Part shown: in pieces, positions 57,656 to 64,000 of the stretch | How the letters are laid out: each line of letters starts with the position of its first letter | Numbering within the stretch: position 1 is the stretch's first letter | IMG/VR virus record: IMGVR_UViG_3300032323_001387 | Span: 1-64,000 of that record | DNA length: 64,000 bases | Source: a virus | Direction: 5' to 3' (one strand) | Translations under genes and position numbers: made by a program | Notes under the pieces: model-generated | The model's input: the letters and a program-made list of their open reading frames with translations, nothing else | Databases searched by the model: none | What the model was told of the DNA's origin: nothing

Positions 57656-58013
57656 TTAAACCAACCAACCCTTTTGTGTCACGTTGTTTTTTAAGTTTTT
57701 CATTTTCCACATAGTATTCATTTAATGCTTCTGTGTATGCACTAAAAAGTTTTTCGTGGAATTCTTTGATGTTAGTAACCAGTACTGGATTTTCGTTGTC
57801 GTCTAAGAATATATAACGCTCGACATCTAAGTCAATTAGTTGTTTGACAAAATTAAGTAATTCTAGTTTTGCTGTAAAAAGTGAACTCATGTAACCAATA
57901 GTTAACATAGTGTTCATACGTTGTTTGAGATTTAGCTTTTGGTTGTTCAGTGTTAACCTATAGTTACTGAACTCCAAAGCCGCTTTGAGTTTTTCATCCA
58001 TCCAGAGCTCCAT
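57648..58013 (-). CDS. Hypothetical protein
   Basis: 121 aa; first gene after the TATAAATA box. Confidence 0.75.
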   Translation of the reverse strand: MELWMDEKLKAALEFSNYRLTLNNQKLNLKQRMNTMLTIGYMSSLFTAKLELLNFVKQLIDLDVERYIFLDDNENPVLVTNIKEFHEKLFSAYTEALNEYYVENEKLKKQRDTKGLVGLNE

Positions 58014-58030
58014 TATGTGCTATTTTAATT

Positions 58031-58058
58031 TATTTATATCACAAAACAGCAATTTGTG
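58031..58058 (-). promoter_or_regulatory. Late box TATAAATA with upstream CACAAATTG motif, heading the enzyme cluster
   Basis: Minus strand reads CACAAATTGctgttttgtgaTATAAATA. Confidence 0.6.
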
Positions 58059-58064
58059 GACGGT

Positions 58065-59306
58065 TCAAACAGGTTGTTCGGTGTAATCATATAGATTAAC
58101 AGGATCATTAACACTATTCAGAAGGTTGACTAGTAACTGCATTATAACTATTATAATATTTTTTATTTGGGTACGTTCGGCAGAAGTAACTGGTATGCCA
58201 TTGTTATTAAGAGAATTTACTAAAGCAGTTGTTATGTCATCGGAACTAATATTAACATCTAATACATTAGCAAAACCAAAATCGACAGCACTATATTTTA
58301 ATGTGGTTCTTGTATAAATTTTTCCGCCATTAGTAAAAGAAGTTTGATTTGTTTGTTTTGGTGTTGCTGTCAGAAGATAAATTACATTGGTATTATTTCC
58401 AAGAGCATCATTTATTATAGAGTTAAAAGAATCGATTCCTGCATTTAATTCTGCATCTATAGACGATTCGCTAATAGTTGCACCGAATTGGCTTTGTACA
58501 TAAGAAATCAATTCACTTATTTTTTGTCTCATTAACGAATCATAAACTATAGAATTTCTTTCCGAGCTACTTACTTGAAGATTGGATTTTGTTACATCAC
58601 CCATCCATCCTGTAAAATTTCTATTAGCAATAAATAATCCTAGGCTACCATTTGAAGGAGACCAATTTACTGTTCGTGTGATTACATTTGGTGTAACACT
58701 GATACTAGTATCATTAATTGTAACAGTAGTATTTGCCTGACCGTTATTCAAACTAATAGCAAATGTTTCTGTTCCTTCTGTAGTAGTATCTGCAGTAACG
58801 TTAAATGTTAAAACTTGCCCGTTGGACACTGAACCAGACAGAGACGCTCCTCCAATATCTGCCGATGATACTCCGGTGATAGTATAAGGAAAACTACCTG
58901 ACTGATTGGTATTAAATGTAATATTAAAACTGGATCCTTCATTTGCATTATTGACTGATCTTGTAAATGAATATGATGGATTAGCAGGAGCAACATACCC
59001 GCACGTCACACTGTTTGGCGTGTCTTCGTTGTATGTCCCGCCGTTGCCATTTGCCTTTGTTACTCTGTATGTATAAGTGCCGGGAACACAACCTTGACTT
59101 ACAATGGTTCCTGCTGGAGTAAATGATGTATCATTAATTGTAATAGGAGCACTTAAATTACCAATAACTTGGCCACGAACAGAGTCTCTGCGAATTTGAA
59201 CTGACATTGTTTTTTGTCCGTCAGTTAGTTGATCTGCATCAACATTTACAGTAAAACTGCCAGTATTGTTATTAACAATAAAAGATCCGCTTTTAGATTC
59301 TGCCAT
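58065..59306 (-). CDS. Virion structural protein with Ig/Calx-beta-like repeats
   Basis: NEG...ADTTTEGTETF...TINDTS repeat; Thr/Ser/Asn-rich; AAGGAAG RBS. Confidence 0.7.
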   Translation of the reverse strand: MAESKSGSFIVNNNTGSFTVNVDADQLTDGQKTMSVQIRRDSVRGQVIGNLSAPITINDTSFTPAGTIVSQGCVPGTYTYRVTKANGNGGTYNEDTPNSVTCGYVAPANPSYSFTRSVNNANEGSSFNITFNTNQSGSFPYTITGVSSADIGGASLSGSVSNGQVLTFNVTADTTTEGTETFAISLNNGQANTTVTINDTSISVTPNVITRTVNWSPSNGSLGLFIANRNFTGWMGDVTKSNLQVSSSERNSIVYDSLMRQKISELISYVQSQFGATISESSIDAELNAGIDSFNSIINDALGNNTNVIYLLTATPKQTNQTSFTNGGKIYTRTTLKYSAVDFGFANVLDVNISSDDITTALVNSLNNNGIPVTSAERTQIKNIIIVIMQLLVNLLNSVNDPVNLYDYTEQPV

Positions 59307-59314
59307 GTACTTCC

Positions 59315-60511
59315 TTAACTTATGTTAGACGTCCAATATAAAGTTGTTCCATCGGGTATGTTTGTAGTATTGACTGTAACTGTAACATTGCCGCCTTCAT
59401 TCACACTAGAACTACTTGCTACTGGGCTAGCTGTCGGCACAGGTGGTGTATACGACGAACCTGAATATGTAGGACCGGTAATATTAAATGATGCGGATCC
59501 GCTTGTTTTTGGAATCGCTTTATTAGTTTCAACGTGCAGGGTATGTGTTCCTGTAACTGCTGAAGTATTGGCACAGCTTAATTGAACAGTCAATACTAAT
59601 CTTACTGGGCCATCTACGTAATTTGAACCAACCGGAACTATTCTACCGTAAATTCGAATTTTCTGGCTTCCAGCGCCGCCGTTGCCGTAACCATAAGATC
59701 CATAACCATAGCCGTATCCATACCCGTAGCCATAGCCGTATCCGTCGTAACAGTTGCCATAGCCGTATCCATAACCATAGCCGTATCCATAACCATAGCC
59801 GTATCCATAACCACCACCGCTGCCACTACGGCAATTAACTGTTAATAATAATTGATCAGTTCCATTTAAATCCTCGAAGCCTTTGCCTTCGCTGATAATG
59901 TTAGCAGTAGTGGATAATGTATTATCTAAGTTAAAGCTAACTGTGCCCAGACGTTGGTAAACATAGGCCCAGCTTGCTGCTAAATTATTGCCGCCGACTG
60001 ATGATAAGTTTAATCTAATAGAGCTACCGCTGTTAAAATAATGTCTAGCCTTTTGATAATTAGCAAAACCCAAGTTAACTGTATAAGTCAATGTACCAGA
60101 AAATCCACTGGTATGTGCAATATTTCCCAATATGCCAATGGCAGTCTGACCCATTGCGGCTGTATTTTTCTTAGGGTCGATGTCTAATAGTACTGTATCC
60201 AAATCTTGCCAAATACTGGCTGTGATTTTTTGACCAGAAATAACTCTATCTAATTCATATTGGCCACCTACGTGCTCAGAACTTAAATTAAGACGATCAA
60301 CAACTTGATTAACTAATGCGGCACTAACTTTGGTTCCAACGTTTACTGAATTCGCTTCTGTATTTCCCCAGCCATATGCTTGTAATGCACGTCTAACTAA
60401 ATTTGCAGTAGGAGTGCTTGTAGGATAATTGTCAGCAAAAATTTTGTTGGTTCTACTAACCAACGCATTATAATCATTTGCCGTGATCTTTTTGCCGACT
60501 GCTACTGTCAT
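59315..60511 (-). CDS. Virion structural (tail/baseplate-associated) protein with (GY)n tract
   Basis: KITANDYNAL/KITASIW repeats, ARHYFNSG, internal Gly-Tyr tract, C-terminal half of an Ig-like repeat unit (its first strands). Confidence 0.7.
   Translation of the reverse strand: MTVAVGKKITANDYNALVSRTNKIFADNYPTSTPTANLVRRALQAYGWGNTEANSVNVGTKVSAALVNQVVDRLNLSSEHVGGQYELDRVISGQKITASIWQDLDTVLLDIDPKKNTAAMGQTAIGILGNIAHTSGFSGTLTYTVNLGFANYQKARHYFNSGSSIRLNLSSVGGNNLAASWAYVYQRLGTVSFNLDNTLSTTANIISEGKGFEDLNGTDQLLLTVNCRSGSGGGYGYGYGYGYGYGYGYGYGNCYDGYGYGYGYGYGYGYGSYGYGNGGAGSQKIRIYGRIVPVGSNYVDGPVRLVLTVQLSCANTSAVTGTHTLHVETNKAIPKTSGSASFNITGPTYSGSSYTPPVPTASPVASSSSVNEGGNVTVTVNTTNIPDGTTLYWTSNIS
59684..59812 (-). 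repeat. Gly-Tyr dipeptide tandem repeat (19 Tyr in 43 codons)
   Basis: (GY)9-G-NCYD-(GY)7-G-SYGYG. The 18-bp unit GGTTATGGATACGGCTAT occurs three times in perfect tandem. Confidence 0.95.
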
Positions 60512-61473
60512 TATTTAACGCCCACCGCGGCTTCAACTAAGCCAACTTCTTCTGTTTCTTTATGCCCTATTGCTCGGCCAATTATCGCCATAGTATCATT
60601 TAAATGATCTGTGGCCATGCCAACACCATCTATGTCACTAGGGACAATACGCTGGCCTGCTCTAATAGGTCCTTTTACTAAACAAGGCACACGACCTTTT
60701 AGTGCAACAGGGTATGCATGTTCTTGCATTTTCATTCTGCTATTCAACAAGAAGCCAGGGGCTGTACTGATAACACCAAATACTTGATCATCCCATGCTC
60801 TAACTGTTTTTGTAATTTCTGCGGCACCGCCTAAACGTACTAAGTTGCCAGGTAGCAAAGGAGTATCGGCACGATAAATTTCAGCCATATCCGCAAATTC
60901 TGCTTCAACTGTTCTGCCGCGCAACTTAAAGTTACCCCAAGTTTCTTCGCCTACGTCTGCTGTACCGCTTTGATTTAAGTTAATACCTTGTCCTATTATT
61001 GGAAATGGATTCGCTAACGCGGCATCGGGGCCGCCCGGTGTATATGTGCCAGCATCGCTGCTCATAATAGCAACTACAACCTTGTTAACGACAAACTGCA
61101 TAGCAGGATGCACACCACCTGTTGTATCTGTTATGTTGCCAATTTTAATACCAGTTTTCTTACCGCCGATTAAATCTCTTCCGCCTAATGGACTCCAGCC
61201 GCCTGCTGTATAAATGTTGATAACTTCGTTAACGCTGTCATACCACAATTGGCCAATGATTGGATTTACTAATTTAGAATCTAATGGTTGGTATGTAGTA
61301 AGGCTACCTGGGCTAGAAAAATGTTCTAACATTTGAACTAGGTTTTCGGCCATAATTTCGCCATAGCCTGCGTAATTCTTACCTATAAGCTTTATAGGTG
61401 TAGTTATGTCAACTGTTCTATCTGCTAGAATAGTTAATCTAGTTCCGTCTGTTTTGGTTACATCATATGCCAT
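60511..61473 (-). CDS. Tail fibre/appendage-like protein with C-terminal peptidase G2-like autocleaving chaperone domain
   Basis: N-terminal LIGKNYAGYGE..ENL..MLEHF..GQLWYD; C-terminal ADMAE..GVIST.P..VALKGRVP..IIGRA. Confidence 0.7.
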   Translation of the reverse strand: MAYDVTKTDGTRLTILADRTVDITTPIKLIGKNYAGYGEIMAENLVQMLEHFSSPGSLTTYQPLDSKLVNPIIGQLWYDSVNEVINIYTAGGWSPLGGRDLIGGKKTGIKIGNITDTTGGVHPAMQFVVNKVVVAIMSSDAGTYTPGGPDAALANPFPIIGQGINLNQSGTADVGEETWGNFKLRGRTVEAEFADMAEIYRADTPLLPGNLVRLGGAAEITKTVRAWDDQVFGVISTAPGFLLNSRMKMQEHAYPVALKGRVPCLVKGPIRAGQRIVPSDIDGVGMATDHLNDTMAIIGRAIGHKETEEVGLVEAAVGVK

Positions 61474-61507
61474 CTATCGAAATTCCTTTAATATAATATT
61501 TATCTAA

Positions 61508-62080
61508 TTACATTCTGATGCGTAAAGTATAGATTACTTGTATTACGCGATTTGCTGATTTTGTCACTGGGCTAAATGCCACATGAGATAGTAAGAATCC
61601 TGTGTTTAAACCGCTTGTACCTTTGCTTTTTAGTCCTATTTCATTGAAAATCAATTCCCCCGAATTAGCAGTTGGTTGATTTTCTTCTAACGTACAAGTT
61701 ACTATTAAATCAGTATAAGTCAAACCTTCGCTATGCTCAATTGATATATTATTTCGTGTTACATCATCGTTGTTAGTCTCGTCTAAATCGTCAATGACTT
61801 TGTAATATATTGGATTATACAAGTCTGCCAACAAGCCTAGTTCCAAATTTTGTTCTACATCTTTAACAGTAGTACTACCAGTTTCATCAATGACAACGCC
61901 GCCGTTGCCCATGTGTAATTCATAGATATACTGACTGTTATTTCCCTGTAACATTCTAGCCACTATCAAGCTCATTGTTTCAGAATTTATAGCATTGTGG
62001 ACGTCCAGCAGTAGATCTCCTGTGGCAAGATCTACTATCTTAACAAATCCTTCGATGTTTAATTTTATTTGGCTCAGCAT
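61508..62080 (-). CDS. Putative baseplate/tail-associated structural protein
   Basis: HNAI..FNEIGL..LLSHVAF.PV.KS.NR.IQVIYTLRI pattern; lies between structural genes. Confidence 0.55.
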   Translation of the reverse strand: MLSQIKLNIEGFVKIVDLATGDLLLDVHNAINSETMSLIVARMLQGNNSQYIYELHMGNGGVVIDETGSTTVKDVEQNLELGLLADLYNPIYYKVIDDLDETNNDDVTRNNISIEHSEGLTYTDLIVTCTLEENQPTANSGELIFNEIGLKSKGTSGLNTGFLLSHVAFSPVTKSANRVIQVIYTLRIRM

Positions 62081-62115
62081 ATGTTTTCCTTACATTTATT
62101 TAATCTTATATTTAA

Positions 62116-64000
62116 CTACGCATTTAATATTAATTGGCCATTTTCGTAGATTAGCAGTTCCTCACCGATTTCCAATTCTACTGGTTCAATCACAGTTCTA
62201 TTGACTGTTCCGCCGCGAATTTTATCTCGATATGATTTTACTGTATTATAAAAATTAGTAAGTACCGTGATTTGATCTCGCTGCAAGTAGTCATCAGTTT
62301 TCAATGTAGAGCTAATCAAGTTAACCGGTTCCACTGTGCTAGACTTTGCTAACCAATCTACACCAATCTGCTCACGCATTACATAGCGGAACATTGTACA
62401 TACAATTTTACTGTAATATTTAGAATATTGACCTGTGAATATTTCATAGCGCAATGAATCTAATATAGCATTATAAACACTGTTTAGATCATAATCCCAT
62501 GGCAACTTATCCCACCCAACAGTATCATATGAACTTAGACTCCAAGGAGCATATAAATCGCTGGAGAATTCAATGGCTCCTTTTGTTTTATACACCGGGC
62601 CAAAACTACCGTCGACATTCTTTTCATATATTGTATAATCACGTATACCTGTATTAACTTTGATATACGAACCGGAAGTTACTGTAGTTGTGTAAATATC
62701 AGCGGCTGATTCTAACACCAATGATATTTCTTTAGTCGGGTCAAATGTTTCACTTCGGTAATCAGTGTAGCTCCAAAATCTAGGCACATTGATGATTTCG
62801 TCACCGACGACATAAAACTCGTTATTGAGTCTAGTATTGCCCCAGGTGTCAATATTGGAAATATTAACACTAATCATAATCTCATTTAATTTCTTAATAA
62901 ATGTTCGTCTTGCTTCGATAGTATCATCAAACCAACTTTGAACATATGGGCGCACTAAGTTACCTAATCTACTGTATGGATGTAGATTGAAGATATCAGG
63001 CACATTTTTTGTTATATTGAAATCTAATGTGTTACGTACAGGATCTATATCTCTTACACTTAAACTTCCAGGTGGTAACACCTGCCACTTACTTGGATTC
63101 CAAGCTCCAGTGGTTGTATCTTTGCACACATAGATATTGTCATTGTAAATTACAATATCTAGGTAGCCGTAAGTTACGGACTGTTTATAGCCTTGTATTG
63201 GAAGTTTTTGCCAAGCATCTTCATTGAATGTTCCTGTAGTTGTATAACGACAAACGAAAAAGTATCCATTATACTTGACAAGGTCATCCTGAGTATATGT
63301 ATTATTATTATTGTAATGTACATACTCTGCTCTCTTTCTATAGAATATATGTGCACTTAAACTATCACGCAGTCTGACATGTAACCATTCAGGAATAGTT
63401 TCGACAGTGTTATTTTCAGATATGAAAATCCATTGCTGGTGTTTTTCATTGCCTTTGATTTTTTTCTTAATCTGTACAACTGTACTTGTATTATTCAAGT
63501 ATGGCTGAATTCCTTTGAGTACAATAGCATTATTGCTAATAGGTGCCCACCATGGAATCCCGGCTGCACTAGGATTTAATAAGACTTTGCTTAACTGTTC
63601 AGTGGTATATACTCTAGATTGTTTACTTTGTTCGGCAATAACATTTTTATTTTTAACCCAGAAATAGTAAACAGTATATGTTTCGCCGTTGATGTAATCT
63701 TCCTCTTCCACCCAATGATAATTATCAGTGTCAAGGGAGCGGTCGACATAAACTTCGCCAGAGGCTACTTGGTCAAAGGCCACTAATCCTTTTTCTACCA
63801 TTTTATTCCATTGGCTAGGAGGTACAGGGCTCTTTGTCCATTCATAGACATCGGGCAATTTACCGTTAACTGTAGTTCCCCAATATTTTTCCTTAGTTGA
63901 TTCGTCACCACTTTCGTAGTCACTGAATTGAACTGTGCTAAGATCCCACCAACGGCGGCCGATAAATTCTTCGTGCCATCCCAAACTGGTATATACTGAT
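62116..64000 (-). CDS. Large virion structural protein (baseplate-wedge-like), 5'-truncated; two CBM5/12-like repeats
   Basis: Frame is open to the window edge. Repeats Y..D.V.YN...VC...T.G..N...WQ.L. Confidence 0.65.
   Translation of the reverse strand, partial: SVYTSLGWHEEFIGRRWWDLSTVQFSDYESGDESTKEKYWGTTVNGKLPDVYEWTKSPVPPSQWNKMVEKGLVAFDQVASGEVYVDRSLDTDNYHWVEEEDYINGETYTVYYFWVKNKNVIAEQSKQSRVYTTEQLSKVLLNPSAAGIPWWAPISNNAIVLKGIQPYLNNTSTVVQIKKKIKGNEKHQQWIFISENNTVETIPEWLHVRLRDSLSAHIFYRKRAEYVHYNNNNTYTQDDLVKYNGYFFVCRYTTTGTFNEDAWQKLPIQGYKQSVTYGYLDIVIYNDNIYVCKDTTTGAWNPSKWQVLPPGSLSVRDIDPVRNTLDFNITKNVPDIFNLHPYSRLGNLVRPYVQSWFDDTIEARRTFIKKLNEIMISVNISNIDTWGNTRLNNEFYVVGDEIINVPRFWSYTDYRSETFDPTKEISLVLESAADIYTTTVTSGSYIKVNTGIRDYTIYEKNVDGSFGPVYKTKGAIEFSSDLYAPWSLSSYDTVGWDKLPWDYDLNSVYNAILDSLRYEIFTGQYSKYYSKIVCTMFRYVMREQIGVDWLAKSSTVEPVNLISSTLKTDDYLQRDQITVLTNFYNTVKSYRDKIRGGTVNRTVIEPVELEIGEELLIYENGQLILNA

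Noticed and set aside
10267-58013. Bacterial secondary-metabolite or O-antigen cluster
   Set aside because: Contiguous with phage structural genes and phage-type promoters. No transporters, regulators, flippase or polymerase.
10267-58013. DNA hypermodification as the main function
   Set aside because: Not excluded, but disfavoured. There is no dNMP hydroxymethylase, kinase or base-J-type gene here, and the context and promoters are late/structural.
59300-59330. Programmed -1 frameshift joining the two structural genes
   Set aside because: No slippery heptamer is present, the -1 frame has a stop a few codons upstream, and the downstream gene has its own SD.
59623-59838. ORFs with HNHSRI / MDTAMV repeats
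   Set aside because: Alternate-frame shadows of the GY repeat.
134-63356. Numerous 60-160 aa antisense or nested ORFs in the track
   Set aside because: They overlap well-supported genes on the opposite strand or in another frame and lack RBS or motifs.
1-64000. Alternative genetic code, tRNAs, introns/inteins, DGR, transposases
   Set aside because: Standard code gives dense full-length genes. I recognised no cloverleaf, reverse transcriptase, homing endonuclease or intein motifs by eye.

Overview
The window looks like part of a large (jumbo-type) tailed dsDNA phage genome. It has two convergent halves. (1) From 1 to about 10.3 kb on the + strand is an early/middle region: NAMPT (NAD salvage), an AAA ATPase, a run of small ORFs, a MoxR-type AAA plus vWA/metallopeptidase pair, and ThyX. 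Many of these genes sit behind near-identical consensus sigma70 promoter cassettes. One small unannotated ORF resembles ArfA. (2) From about 10.3 to 64 kb on the - strand is one tightly overlapping run. It starts with baseplate/tail-fibre-like structural genes, one carrying a (Gly-Tyr)n tract with 19 Tyr. It continues into a ~47 kb enzyme cluster. Counting one displaced + strand copy, the window encodes 16 radical SAM genes (17 CxxxCxxC domains, most with an N-terminal twitch domain) and 3 stand-alone twitch domains. It also encodes about 9 putative glycosyltransferases of three families, 7 SGNH-like proteins, NDP-sugar epimerases/reductases, RmlC, a split minimal TPP enzyme, a NodU/CmcH carbamoyltransferase, an AspH-like hydroxylase, a nitroreductase, an SDR and a methyltransferase. 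TATAAATA/TAAATA boxes in the few intergenic gaps suggest late expression. My best interpretation (inference) is a phage-encoded virion glycosylation and radical-tailoring system. I saw no tRNA, rRNA, CRISPR array or transposase. All family calls come from reading motifs by eye; no searches were run.
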